Of a stretch of 64,000 nucleotides of DNA, positions 12,656 to 26,300 are shown one piece after another. Below the pieces are notes generated by a model. It was given only the letters and a program-made list of their open reading frames with translations. It made no database searches and was not told where the DNA came from. Each line of letters opens with the position of its first letter. Position 1 is the first letter of the stretch. The translations under genes and the position numbers were made by a program. Source of the stretch: Podospora anserina (lineage: Eukaryota); assembly GCA_017654855.1 (NCBI GenBank), contig CM030337.1:62001-126000 (forward strand). Direction: 5' to 3'.

Positions 12656-13948
12656 TGTGAATGATGATGACAACTGAATCGATGTGACGGTCGAAAGGTG
12701 TGGCTGTCTCAATGCATCTTCAGACTTCGGACTGAGACCTCAGATACCTTTATACGCTGCTGCTATAGGCCAGGGTCGTGTCGATATGCCTTGTCTACCC
12801 CAGATTGGGTTTGCTTCCGTGGTCCGGGGACAAGACCTAATCGTCTTGGCGGAGGCTTTTTCTGCTGTCCATTCCCGGATTCTCTCCCGTGCTGGACCGT
12901 TGAAAGGCTTCAAGCAGCCGCGTACCGTCTTGTCCCGGCCGGCTAAATCAACGTTACACCCTAACCGCGCCACTGACAAGGCGGTTTAGTATTGACTCAA
13001 TCTACTTTAAGACGACGGCACTTGCCTGGAGCTCCACGACTTTCCTGCAACTGCAATCACGGGGCTTGAAAGGCGGTTGTGGGGTGCATGCATAGTGCAA
13101 CCGAAGCGGAAGTCTCGCATCTAGAATCCGAATCCAACCTTGGGCCGCCTGGCAATGGGTTCCCAACATATCGTGCGCATTCCTGCCCAACGGGCCACGG
13201 CCTCGATGCGCTCGCTACATCTGCAATGAAGATGACATCACTGCTGATCGGTCTATTCCTGGTGGAAACGGCCCTGGTATCCGGGACCGGCTGGTTACTG
13301 ACGAGACTGATTAAGCCTTGAAACCAAGCCCATGCGTGCCCTTGGTCTCATCGAAGTCAACTCCGCAAGGCCCAGTTGATGGGATTGAGCGTTATAGCTA
13401 ATCAACTGCAAAAGGTACAAATGGAAGGGATTCGCAAATAATTTCTAGCTGCTGACACCCTAGACTAGAACTGAGCCGTAACCTCAAACCTAACGCTGCT
13501 GTCTTTCTCTCAACCCTCCCGACACACTCTCTCAGGTTTGGTACATCGGCCGGCGCTTTCAACAGTAATCGTGAACATGAAGAATCATCAGGGCCGCATT
13601 GGCTGGTCGGGATGATGTGGTGTCTGGAACTTACCAGGTAGTTTTCAGAAGACTCCAGCTCTAGATCAGTTGCAGGTGGCATTACATGGCAAGATTGGAG
13701 CTATGGCAACCCAGATGCCCCTCAACTTGGGAAACGAGCCTTAGGGCCATGAAGCCCTGCGACTTCTTCGACACGCTTGGATACCCGCAAGGCCGTGCCG
13801 CGGCCAGTGCTGTTCTTCTAGAGTGCGTGAATCACATCAAGGAGCGGCTCAATCAAGGCATTGCGGCTGCGGGTCTTATACGGGATGACATGGGCTACAT
13901 CAGACCGGATGCAGCAAGATCCTCCTTGTGGGTTGCGTCTGCTTTCGC

Positions 13949-14690
13949 GGCCTCTTTGTAAACGGTGAGCGTATCAGAATCCAGGATGTGAATAAACATT
14001 ATGACCTTGGAGCACTTGGTGTGGCCTTCAACTATCAGTGAGGGCGAAGGTATTCGGGGCACTCCAGCATATGAGGATAACAAGCCAGACGGTGGCGGTA
14101 GCGCGACTTTAAAGGCATCTCAGAGTACTCTCTCTACACAACCCCCTTTTGTACGTCCCCTGACAAGGTGTTTGCCAAACAAGACGAGGCCTTCCCTCAC
14201 GTATGTCGCAGGAGAGTTCGTATGGAGTAGGTTCGACGATTGTGGCGAGTACCGGTTCCAGGGTCAACACGATGACGTGATCTACCAGCCAGGAAAACTC
14301 CGGGTTTGGACACGGAAAGACGAGAAGGAATCAGCTGACAATACGGTGGTGAGAGTTGGCGAGAAATATGGGTTGAGCTTGGAGGTTGACAGAGCCACGA
14401 TAAGGGAATACGGCGCGGATCTGGCTTTGATAACTGCAAACGTGGTCGATGCCCACGGTTGGGTAGTTCCAACAGGTGAGAGCAGCATCGTGTTCGCCTG
14501 GAAAGAATAGGGGCCGAGGTCGTTGCCACGGGGAACCTTACAACTTTGTCCCCTTTCCCTCCAAAGCGCGCAAAGCATTAGATCGGCACTCGCAATCATT
14601 TAAGGCCACAGAAACACCAAGACGAGGAACAGTGACTGTGAAGGATGATAGTCCGGGACTGCAGGCGCAAAGGTGGAGGTGACAGTGATG
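13949..14690 (+). pseudogene. Collapsed relic of a GH2 beta-galactosidase-type glycoside hydrolase
   Basis: Collinear GH2 motifs spread over shifting frames: GLFVNGERIRIQDVNKHYDLGALGVAFN (from 13949), NYQ-GEGIRGTPAY, YSLYTTPFCTSPDKVFAKQD, YVAGEFVW, EYRF..DDVIYQPGKLRV, LEVDRATI..DLALITANVVDAHG, GAEVVATG, PYNFVPFPSKARKA. Several frameshifts, stops and large deletions. Confidence 0.8.
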
Positions 14691-14736
14691 TAAATATCAA
14701 CTGGGTGGTTATCTAGACCAAGTGCGACGAACCTAA

Positions 14737-15754
14737 CTAGTCCCCCAAGGGGTACGGATGAAGCACTTGGCCGTAATACAGCTCCGCATCCTTGCTGGCC
14801 AAAAACACAAAGCTGGGTGCAACCTCACTGGGCTGACCGGGTCGTCCCAAGGCATACTTCTCTCCAAAACCCTCCATGTCCTCAGCTGGCCGTGAAGCTG
14901 GCTGCAAGGGGGTGTGAACGGGTCCCGGGGCGATGCAGTTGACCCTGATTCCCTTGGGTATGAGCTGTTTGGCGAGTGACCGAGTAAAAGACACGATAGC
15001 CCCCTTTGTCGCCGCGTAATCGACCATGGCACCTGTTCCACGGAAGGCAACGGTTGATGTGGTGTTGATGATTCTGTGTCGACATTAGTGCCACACTCTT
15101 GAACTATTCCAGATAGACACGAAAATGACTTACGAGCCGCCCTTCTCCATATGCTTCACAGCATACTTTGTGATGGCAAACATTTGCAGAATGTTGCTTC
15201 GGAATGTGCTCTCAACATTCTCGAGGTCAATGTCGGTGATATCCTGGCACATGATTTGCTTCGAGGCATTGTTGACGAGCACGTGGATCTTGCCGAACTT
15301 GTCAACATGGACCTGAACAGCCTTGCGGCACGTCTCAGCGTCCATCAGATCCCCCGGAAATAGCAAGCACTGCTGTCCCTCGGCTTCCACGAGCTTTTTT
15401 GTCTTTTCAGCGTCCTCCTGCTCTTCGGGGAGATAGACTATCGTGACATCTGAGCCTTCGCGGGCAAACAGCACCGCTACTGAACGTCCTATTCCAGAGC
15501 TGTTTGTGGTCTGTGTTAGTTTCAACCCAGCGAGCATACTTGGAAGTAAACCATCAGAACAACTGAACCTACTCTCCCCCCGTAATGAAAGCCTTGTTCC
15601 CCTTGAGCTTTCCCGAGCCCTTGTATTCGTGCAGTTGGTCCTTGCCCTCAAGTTTGGTGGATTCGCTTTCTGGCTTCATGTTCTTGTCGAGGCCTGGAAG
15701 GTTCTGGGCCTGTGCCTCCTTCACGGGCTGAAATTCACCGCCTTTGGCCGACAT
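14737..15754 (-). CDS. Short-chain dehydrogenase/reductase (YhdF/general stress protein 39-like)
   Basis: Exons 15754-15573, 15499-15134 and 15073-14737. Spliced ITGGDSGIGR, LVNNA, catalytic DYAATKGA (YxxxK), GIRVNCIAPGP. Confidence 0.92.
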
Positions 15755-16144
15755 GTTTGCGAGAGATTGATGTGTTAGCAGAGATGTAAATATTGCCTTT
15801 GGATGAACTCTTGGAGAGTTGGAGATTATGGAAATTGGCATGAAAAGGGAATGATGCTTGTCGCTTTTACAGATGATGAGAGGTGGGGAGCAGATTCGCG
15901 TAGCTGTGACGTCAGTTAGGAGTACCAACGTCATCGACACCGCCTCACACATCAAAGACTGGTGCAAGTCAGCAACAAAACATCACTAAACATTAAGTCG
16001 AGAACTGCGTGATACCACAAACCACAGCCTTCAAATGAGAAACAATATCAGCGTCCACACCAGTGATCGTTCCTTAGGTATTTTGCCCGTTTTGGGTCCC
16101 GAGTACCATGAGCAGAGCTACACTTCTCGCCTCATCCTCACCTT

Positions 16145-16885
16145 CTAGCACCACTCCTTGGTGAGAATGACATTCCACTTATCCTTGTAGAAAATTTGCC
16201 CAGCAACCAGCCCGTTGATATCAGCACCGACAGTGCATTCACCGTAAATATACTCTGCGCCATCTGCAATGGAACCCCACGACTCAAGCTCCTTCTCCTT
16301 GTCATTTTGCAAATAAGTCAAATCAAGTGGTAACGTACAAGTTGAGCAGCTTGAGAACTGACATCGTTGCACCAGTAAATTGCTGCATTATATCCACATG
16401 ACACACGACCGCAGTTGTTGGGTCCTGGGCCGTTCTTGGGGGCAGCGGTAGTCACCTTTCTCAGGTACGCGATCCCGTCCTTCACCGCCAGCCAACCAGT
16501 CTTCACCCACGGCCACCGCAGAGATAGTAGTCCCGATCGTAAAGAGCGGCTGCGGAGACGGTTCCATCGGACACGGTGCTATAGGATGGCTGCTGGGCCT
16601 GGAAAGTGGCATTCCACCCGGGGAACTGGGCCTCCATCTGGGCCACAGCTTCTTGAATCGTGCCAAAGACCGAGACGGTGGCGCTGTTAGGGTTGTTGAG
16701 GTCGGTAAGGAGGTCCCACTGGACGTCGACAACAGTGTACTTGTCAGGAAGGCTGGCCCTGGCGATCTGTTATGGGACCCCAGATCTCCAGATTAGCATG
16801 AGACCGATAGTACCCAGGGGATCTGAAAGCCTACTCCGATGAATCCCAGCAAGCTGCAGAGAGCCAAGGCGACGCTTGGCAACAT
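16145..16885 (-). pseudogene. Small secreted cysteine-rich protein gene with a frameshift and a damaged splice acceptor
   Basis: Exon 1 16885-16835 encodes a signal peptide. Exon 2 from 16766 reads IARASLP...YYLCGGRG and then hits TGA at 16505-16503. The family-type continuation KTGW..GIAYLR..NGPGPNNCGRVSCGYNAAIYWCND lies in another frame. The intron 2 acceptor reads TTGCAA instead of TTGCAG. Confidence 0.75.
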
Positions 16886-17621
16886 CGTGGTGTCGGGTGT
16901 CGTGGCTACGATGGTTCTTGATAGTGAGGTCAGGTTTCTGGTTGCTGTGTGATGAGGAGGCAATCCAACTTTGATGGCGGCCAGGGAAGGGCTACTTATA
17001 GCAGGCAACTACTATCTTGGCCGGCATCGACGGGCTCCCCGAGGCCCTCAACAAAACAGCTCTTGCGGACGAAAGTAGCCATCCCCACAGCCTGGTCCGG
17101 TGTCGTCAAGATCTACGGGCGCAAGCATGCTCTTTCACTTCAGATGGTGTGAGATAACAGCCTGCTTACGACTGTTGAATGTTGCTCCCCTCACGAGGCC
17201 TCTTTCCTGGGGCGCCCATCACCCAGACTCTAGACATGTCCTGTCTTTGTTTTCCCTCACCGCTCATCTCTCTTGCAAGAGCTACCCACCCTCGATCCCC
17301 AACAGTCCTCTGTGGTAGCGTCGACCAGCAATTACAAATTCACAACAGGAGCCACCGGTATCAGCCTCGACATTGGGATATCCAACACGTGGCTTCATGT
17401 TATTCCTGGGCACACTGATCAAGCAGAAGTGGTAGTAGGTATTCATAATCTTGTCAATTAAAGCTTCTTTTCTCATATCCTATCTTGATATCATTTGACT
17501 CATAATCCATGCTGATAACGAAGATTTTGGCCAGCGTGACCGATGATGATTCACCAGTCTGGTGTCCAAAATAATGTCGACTGCACCCATTAAAAGTGAA
17601 ACCGGCACCCCTCTCACTCCA

Positions 17622-17641
17622 TCTCTCTCTCTCTCTCTCTC
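17622..17641. repeat. (TC)n microsatellite immediately 3' of the PTR2 stop codon
   Basis: tctctctctctctctctctc directly visible. Confidence 0.85.
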
Positions 17642-17646
17642 TTCCA

Positions 17647-19587
17647 TTACTTCTCAGTGGTTTCCTTGAGTGCAGCACCAGCGACAACCCCCTCCACTTC
17701 CACATTCGTGGGCCCATTATTCTTGCTAAGCACATACTCCTCCCTATCGATGTGCCTGAACAAAAAGTAAAACACCACGCTCAAAATTCCACCTGTAATG
17801 GCTGGACCGCCAAAGTCCCACACCAGATGAGGATCTTGAATGACGCTGCTGCATGCCAAACCGATGGCGTACGCAATCGCTGAGGTGAAGAGGTTGAGGG
17901 CAGAGACAAGCCCGCGCATGTTGGGGGGCGCACGGGAGTACGCGAGGCCGTAGGCGGGGACGTTAACGAACAGCTCTGAGATGCCTCCAATGGCAAAAGG
18001 AATGGCCATCCACCAGATGCTGATGGGGGCCACGCCAGTCCCGATGGTGCAGTCGCTGCTCCCATATTCCCCGCATGGTGACTGCTTGTAGGCGTAGTGG
18101 GTGATGATGGTGTATCCAGCTCCACCAACACTCGACATCAAGAGGCCAGTTGTGATGCGGGCGATGGGGCCGTAGTGAATGCCCATCTTACGAAGAAGCG
18201 GATACAATCCGTAGTTGAGAATGGGCGCGAAGCAAATGATGCTCAAGGCGTTGAAGTTGGAAATAACATCGTTGGGGACGCCGTTTGTCTCCAGCATAGT
18301 TGACAAGAAGCTGGCCGCCGCGCCAATGCCATTGTCATTGATGTACTGGATGGGGAAGAAGCAAAAGATGCCTGTGGCCTGAAAGGTACGGCGCACGTCT
18401 TCGACGAAGTCATCGTTCCAGCGGGTTGGGTAGCTCTCGGCGAGGCCTGCAGCTGCAATGTTGGATGGTTTGGCGAGGTCCCAGAACCCACGCCGACCGA
18501 ATTTGGCAAAGCCACCACGGTGGAAGCAGATGCTGAGGATCCTGAACACGTTGGGAAGGTCGCTTCCACCAGGGGCGTGGAGGATCAAACGCTTGTAAAG
18601 GAACCAGAGAAGGAATGGCAGGGGAAGGTAGAGGATGAGCGGGATCAGAAAGGCAAGCCACCACTGGTTTGAAATTGTCAGCTTAGATGTGAGACATTTG
18701 GACAGTGACGAGACACTTACACCAACATATTTCTCTGAATACGACGTGGCAACGCCCATAAACCCGCCAATGTTGATCATCAAGTAAAACCAGAGCACTG
18801 TTCAGTCATGGGTCAGGTGGGATCAGTAGGCCGGTCAGAGCAGGGGCAGAAACTCACTAACGCGCTCCGTCGTCGACTCGGGATCCTGGATCACCCTCTC
18901 CCCACTGCTCAGCGTGATAACGGTGGGCACGGTAGTTGTTACTTGATCGAGAAGGAGTGGGGAAACATTGGGCTTGAACATGGCTATCCCGTGCTGTTAG
19001 CATGTGGCCCAACAGGGACCATCCCGCAACAACTCACCTGCACCCACGGCAAGTATATAGACAGACAAAAAATAAGGAGCCTTGGATGTCCCCGCCAACA
19101 GTAAGTCTTTGCTGCCGGCAGCCACCATGAGGGCATGGGCAACACCAAACACGGCCACGCCCCAGCAGATCAGCTTGAAGCGGCCAAACTTGGCATCGGC
19201 CATCCAACCAAACACCACTGGCAGGGCGTAGGCCAACATGCTGAAGCTCTGCGTCACAGCGTTGGCGGCGACGGTGCCCATTCCCAGAGCACCGGCCGTC
19301 TGCTGGTCATTCTTGTCGCGGGGAGGGGCGCCCCAACCATTGCCTCCTCGTGGCATAGGTCTGTTGACATAGTTGCTGATGAGGGGTTGGACACCGTAGT
19401 AAGAGGCTCTTTCGCAGAACTCGACAACACAGATCAGATAGGCGATGCCTGGGATGTTACCGGGGACACGACGGAGGGTGGCGAGGTCTTCCTCAGTGGG
19501 CCTGCCGAGGTAGTTGTCTTCGGTGATGGTGCGGGGGTCGACCGAAGGCAGCGAAGCCGACTCAACGTCGCTCGTCTCACCCGTCAT
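17647..19587 (-). CDS. PTR2: POT/PTR2-family di/tripeptide transporter
   Basis: Exons 19587-19038, 18983-18858, 18797-18721 and 18663-17647. ExxER motif VEFCERASYYG, FGWMADAKFGRFK, PTR signature WFYLMINIGG, AYSRAPPNMR. Confidence 0.92.
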
Positions 19588-20799
19588 GGCGACAGCCTTT
19601 TCAGGCTTCTCGTTTGTTGCTGGGAGTATGGCTGGTTAGTGGGTCGCATCAGAGAAGAGTCGTCGATGACATCTGTTACACATACCCATATTTTCAGTCG
19701 CCTGTCTCTGCCAGCTACCGAAGAGAAGGAGTGCAAAGAGAAAGGAGAGCAGAGCAGAGGCAAGCTTGGGAAGGGGGGAGAGGGGGGTCCTGTGAGCTTG
19801 ACAGATGGGAACAGAACCGTCGCTCAAGGCTAATGGCGGGTAGCGTGCTTAGGGCGACCCGACTCAGGGAAGCAGCAAAGATTAAGGCCTGCGAGAGTGC
19901 CTTGGTTCCCGACGGGACGGGCGGTCGACTAAAGTTCGGACGAAACGTGACTGACTGTCGGTAACGGGGGCAGTCGGTGGGCAGAGAAAACAGCAGCTGG
20001 CCCCGGATTTATGCTCGTCTGAATTTGTGCGAAGGCTGGGGCATGCAAGGGCAAGAGCGGCGAAAAGTAATGCTTCCTTGCTCATCCATGGCTTCCTTAT
20101 CTCTGTGCAAGGAATGTTGTTCCTACCTGCCTGCCATGATGGGAACTCTGACCGAGCAAGCAGGTGGAGTCCATTTTTTTTCACTCCCATCGGTCCTTCC
20201 CCAGATCTGTGCGAGTGGAATGAGCCCGCAGTCACACAGGAGGGAAACATGCATAAGGCACATACATGTAAGGTACGGCCAGGACCTGGGGAACAGCACC
20301 TCAGCCGCGCGTGGAGATATGGTCGGAACTTTGATCATGTTGTACTTTTGTATACCTTACCGTCAACGGCAGCACTCCCCTGCGCTTCTAGTGTTTCCCT
20401 CGGTCGATCTGAATGGGAGTGGATGAAGAACATACCTACTCCACTTTCAACCTTTCAACTGCTGCGAAGGGTTTGGAGAACGATCCTTGTCACTCCGAGC
20501 CTTCCGAGATTCTTTATCTCATGCTGGACTGGTCCAGATTTTGCTATTTTCCATGCGGCAACTTTTCTGTCTTTCTCGTCGCAAGTCAGCAGCTCGAAGC
20601 CTCGCAAAGCTCATGAGATGTCGTTGTAGGTGGCCGCCAAGCGCAATGTTCGTCTGGCTGCCAAGCCCAAAGCTTGTTTGGCTGCCAAGTCAGCGAGCTC
20701 TTGGGCAGTTGAAGCCAAGTTCTCAAGCGGCTTGGCGATGTTTCCAGCAATTCGGTCACCATCTCAGGGTAGGTAGACAAGCAAGTATATAAATTCAAC

Positions 20800-22650
20800 T
20801 CAATCCGATCCCTCGTAGATATTTAACAATGGGATCGGCTTCTTCTTGTAGCCCTCCCAAGTAGGAAGAGACCGTTTATACTGGTTCCCGGCCGTGGTCT
20901 TTTGCAAATCCTCAATGGCCGATCCAAACTTGATCAACTCTGATTCAGCCCATGCCGTCTGCAGAATGGCCAGTCCGAACGGCATTCCCGTGGCCGAATG
21001 AATCCCGGCAGGCAGAGTGATGATGGGATATCCAGCTTGAGCAGAAATCTGATAGCTCTGGCCAACAGCGGGTGGGACCAACAAACCATTGAGCTTCTTG
21101 CCTTTGTAGTTCAGAGCATCGTCTATGCCTTTGCGAGTCTTTGTCTGTGTGAATTCGAGAGCCTGCCAGTATGTCTCATCTTGGATGCCCTTGGTCGCCA
21201 ATGAAGCCAGGAAACCATCTTGGCCAGAGTAGAAGGCGGGATTTCCCAATGGCCACGGGTTTCCTCCTTCAGTGCCATCGTTGTCGTAATTGTATTGTCT
21301 GAGCATCCATGTCAGCCCTTGTGAACCATGGCCACCGCTGGCAATAAAAGGAAATTACTCACACAATATCCTCGAGCGACCTGATGTCAGTGTTATCCAA
21401 TTCGGAGAGGTATATATTGATGTTGTTATAAAAGTCAACAGCAACAACAGTGTACTCGCTTTCGTTCGGATAGCCTCTTCTCGTGCCCCAGTCCCAGTCC
21501 CACCAATCCGGACTGACAATAGTCTCGTAGTCTGTGATCTCGGTCCCGTTGATGATGGTGGCACCCGCCTCCTTGATCAAATCGAGCAGCGCAGTCAACT
21601 GCCTCAGCTGCTCTGGGTCAGCGTGCCGCCAGAAACACTGCCAGGGCAGTCCGAATGCCGCGCCCCTCAAAGCTCTCTTGTTGGTCAGAAACTGCGTGTA
21701 ACCGCCCCTGGGACTTTGCTGCGCAAGTGTGTAGTTGTCTCGTTGGTCTTTCCCGTAGATGGCGTCAAGCGTGTAAACGGCATCTCGCACGGAGCGCCCA
21801 AATGTGCCCACCGTGTCTTGATGCTCCGTCTCGGGAACAACTCCAGCTCTCGAAGTCAGTCCCACGGTGGGCTTGAAGCCGACAACCGAATTCCTCATGG
21901 CAGGATTGATGACAGAGCCATCGGTTTCCGTTCCCAAAGACACTGCCACCGCGTTAGCTGCCACCCCAATCGCGCTCCCACTGCTGCTTCCGCCGGGGTT
22001 GACGGTGAAGTTGTAGGGAGACCGGGCCTGTCCACCCCGTGCGCTGTAGCCTTCGCTGTAATTGTTCGATCTCATATCCGCCCACTCGCTGAGCGTCGCC
22101 TTGCCCAGCAGCACGCCTCCTGCTTCCCTCAGCTTCTTGACCACAAACGCGTCTCTAGGCACTCGGGAGCCCAGAAGCGCCCAGGATCCGGCCGTGGTCT
22201 CCATCTTATCCTTGGTTCCGATGTTCTCCTTGACGGTAAACGGAATTCCGTGCATCGGCCCACGGACCTTTCCCGCCCTCCTCTCCCGGTCAAGATTGGC
22301 TGCAATGTCCAGAGCATCCGGGTTGAATTCGAGTAACGAGCTAGGTACGGCAGTCGTCAACTTCTCCATCATCCGGAAGAGGCAGGCAGTGATACTCACT
22401 TGATGTAATCGTCAGTCTGCAGTACTCTTTGCGCATAACACTCGACGAGCTGCACGGCTGTCACGGTTCCGTTGCCCATCGCCTTTTGCATGTCATCAAT
22501 GCTCGCTTCCTCGAGCCGGAAACTGCGGCCGCAGAGAGGCATCTTGAAGAAATCCGCTGCTGCTCCGGCTGGGGCCATCGCCGCAGTGGTCGTTGCTGCT
22601 GCTGCCAAGCCTGCGAGGCTGGTGAAGTAGGTGAGACTGCCACCACCCAT
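20800..22650 (-). CDS. Amidase-signature family enzyme, probably secreted
   Basis: Exons 22650-22400, 22340-21363 and 21298-20800. Catalytic Lys in GIPFTVKENI, PGGSSSGS and GTETDGS (Ser-cisSer-Lys triad). Hydrophobic Ala-rich N-terminus. Exact start codon is uncertain. Confidence 0.88.
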
Positions 22651-23362
22651 CTCTACACTGTCGAAACAACCAAAAATGACGGTAATACTCCCGGAACACA
22701 AGGAAAAAAAAGAAAAGAGGAGGACCCGCATTTTATCAGAAGCCGCCACTCCGTCCATCATCTTGTTCTGTATCATCTCACACACTAATCACCAACAACA
22801 CATCACCCCCGCAGCACAAGGCCCCATGGTGACATCTTGGCTCCATTGATTCACTGGTCTTCCCCTGTAATTGCCTGCCGCGGCTGGGTTCGTGCTACAC
22901 AAACGATGCAGCTTCTCGATAGCTTCACCTCCACACCAACCGTTGGTTGATCATATTTCACGCACCATCCAAAAGCAGATGTGGCTCTCAAGTGACCGGC
23001 TCCTTCGCCACGAGTTACAATAATAGACATTCCGCTCCGTGATAATGCTACCCACGAATACCTAAACCTTATGGGACCATCCATATCAATCGGCTTCCCG
23101 TACCCGACCCAAGTCAAAACATGAAGCTATGAAAAAAACCACCAAGTTTCAATGTGGTGGGGAATAAAAAGACACCCTGTCCGGGTGGATCAGGTCAAGC
23201 AGGCCAAGATATGCGCAACATGAGAAACCTCAAACAACGAAAAAACAACGGCAGAAGAGCAAAAGTATCAGTCAGCGACCCTTGACCAGGCAACGCTGAC
23301 ACAAAACTGTTGAGAAGATCCTGCACCAAATTGGCCCTCTGCGAGGCACCCGAGACCAGCAT

Positions 23363-26300
23363 TTAGTAAGCCGAGTTATTGTAGTGCCCTTGGATGTGGC
23401 TCGGCACAGGCCCGGCAACAGCGCCATGCTTCATCAGTTCCACAATTTGGGAGGCAATTTTGACCATAGACTCGAGCGTGTTCAGCTGGGGGCACTGGGG
23501 ACTGACGGCCATGAGCTCTGACTGCAGCGACTGGAACTTGCTCCGCATAAGCGACATGATTCGAGGTGTCACCTCGCGGGTTTGCTCATCCTACAACAAC
23601 CTGGTTAGCCGTGGCTCTATGCTCAAGAGCAGGCGCGGTCAAAGACGAAGTACATACCATTGAGCCGAGCTTGGACTCGAAAGCGGCCAGCAAAAACTCG
23701 AGCAAGTCAATCTTTTGCGTGAGCTTGGGAGTGTTGCTGTGGAATTCGTTGACAAGGTTGGCGCCGATCGAAAGCAGCAGAAGAGGGGCTAGATTTCGCA
23801 GCATGCCCGGAGACTGCCGAGAAATAATGTGCTGGAAGACCACCTCGGCCTTGTCACCGCTGTGGAGCCACTTGAGCATGGCAGCATCGATATTATCGTT
23901 CTGCAGCAGATTGTGGATGGTCTCGAGAAGCTTGTTAAGCTCGGCGGCCTCACGCTCCTCGTCACGGCCCGAGGGGGAGTACAACTGTTGGCTGGGACTG
24001 TTGAACTGGTGCTGGAGCGCCTGCTGATGAGGCTGCTGTGGACGCTGTGTTACGGGTTGAGGTGCCTGCGGATGGGTGCGGGCATGTGACACAGGCAGCT
24101 GGTGTTGATGCTGCGTGTGCTGGAAATGCTGTGACCCGTAGTCCGAAGCAGTTTGACTGAAGAAGTCCGAGCTATCACGGTGACCACGGCTGTTTATTTC
24201 CTGCTTGATGGGGGTGCTTTGTTGACTTGACTGATGGACCTGTTCTCTCAAAGTCCCGAAATCCTTGGATACCTGAGACTGAACTGCTGCTAGTGATGCA
24301 ACGGCGGTAGAGAGCTCCTTGGTCTGGGCAATCAGGCGATCAAGCTTGGCATCTTCGTCGCGGCGGCGTTTCTCGAGCCTCTCGAAGGCCTCGTGAATGT
24401 GCCTGTGAACATCCTCGACGATGCGCTGATGAAGACTCTGCGCTGTGTTTTCGGCCAGCTGGGGAGCAAGCGTGTTGAAGGCTTTGGTGATTTGGATCTC
24501 AACTTGCTGATCGATCCGAGCATTGACGTTGTACGAGACCTTGTCGGAGATGGTCTTGATCAAGTCGGTCTGCTGCAGCGCCTGGTTGACCGAGATGGGC
24601 AGAGCTCTCTTCAACTCCTGTTGGACGGCGTTGACCTGGGAACTGGTCTGGCTGCTCAACTGTTCGGCAACGGAACGGTCGACAGAGCCGCAAATGGAAG
24701 GTATGACGTTCTTGTCAATCTGTTCAATGATCAAAGCACGGAGTACAGACTCGGTATTATCGTTGAGAACATCAGACACCATCTGCAACAGATGAGACTG
24801 GCTGTTGGCAAACTCGGCGTCACGCCTCTTCTGAATCTCCTGCATCTGCTTGAGAATGTCGCTGAAGACGGTGTCGAAGCGGCTAGAAATGTTGGCGACG
24901 ATGCGGGATTCCATCTTGTTGACGACGGATTCGAGGTGCTCGGAGGAAATGGCGGCTGCCGTTGAGGATGGCTCGGCAGGAGGGATCGAAGGGGGCAGGG
25001 AGGATTGGTCGCCGTTGTTGCCACGGGAAGCCTTTCCCAGTTTTTGCAAGGTAGCTCTGCTGAGCTCGGCAGCGCCGTTGGGAGCAGGGTAGTCGCGATC
25101 CGTCGCACCTGTAGCAGCCGCAGCAGCAGCAGCAGCCTGCGCTTGAGCCTGCTGAGCTGCCTTCTTCTTTCTTCCCTTCTTTTCGTTCCTTTCAGGCTGC
25201 GGCGCTGGCGTGTCGTTCTCCTCCTTTCGCTCAAACTTGGGCGGCGTCGACACGCCGGCCCCCTTCTTCTCCTCACCCTGAGAAGACGGCATCTTCTGCA
25301 GTGCTTCCTTGGCATTACGCGAGACGATGCGTATCTGGGAAGCGGTGGCGGCGTCGTTCAAGATGTTGCTGCTTTGAGCAGAGGCTTCCGCGGGCTGGAG
25401 AGGAGGAGGCGCAACAAGCTTGGAGATGGTGACCAGGCCTGTCTCGACGGCATCGGCCAAGAGAATAACCTTATTGTCCTTGGTCCAGCCGAGTTCGGCC
25501 TGCTTGACAAACAAGCAGGTCACGCCCTTGGAATGCATGGCATAGAGCTCAAACAGTGTGGGCTCATCGCCGTCGGCAGTAGCAGCAGGGTTCTCCAGCA
25601 TGGTCAGGCTGCGAAGCACGCCCTTGTTGGCAAAAGAATACTCCCGGATACCACTAATGACGGCAGTAGACTCTGGCTGAGGAATCGACGAGTCTTGGGC
25701 CACGAGGCGCTGAATGTAGTCCACTTGCGACAGGTTTTTGAGCGTGTACTTAGGCGCCGAAAGATGAAGAAAGTAGATGGAGTTTCGCGTTGGGTGGCCG
25801 ACCACAATCATGCTGGACGGGGCGTGGTACATGACGCTACAGACGGCGTCTGACTCCTTGTTGTGCGGGAAGTTGAACTCCTGCACCGGCTTGCCGAGAG
25901 CGAGGTCCCACAGCTGGAGGGTGTGGTTCTGCTTCATGCCCACAACCATGTAGCGCAGGGCAATACGCTTCTGGTACGGTCGGTACTTATCCAACAGCAA
26001 CACAGAGGTAGGCCAGGCCTTTTCACCCTCCGGAGTGGTCGTCAGGGTGAGGAGCGGCTCCTTGATCTCGAGCGTGGTTTGTGCCGGAATGGGATTCGAA
26101 CGCTCTGAGCCTTCCTTAACAGCCGTGAGGTCCCGGACGTCCCAGAACTTGACCCGCCCGCTCTTATCCAGCGAGACAACTACAGTGTCATCCTGGCTGA
26201 ACGTAAAGTCCTTTCCAGCCTTGCCTGTGTTGATCTTGAGCGAGCACTGCTTGAGAAGCTTTTCAGTGTCGACCACGCGGTCGTGGGCATTCTTGAACAA

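Noticed and set aside
13686..13961. 91-aa ORF immediately upstream of the GH2 relic
   Set aside because: No recognisable motif, and I could not link it to GH2 or any other family.
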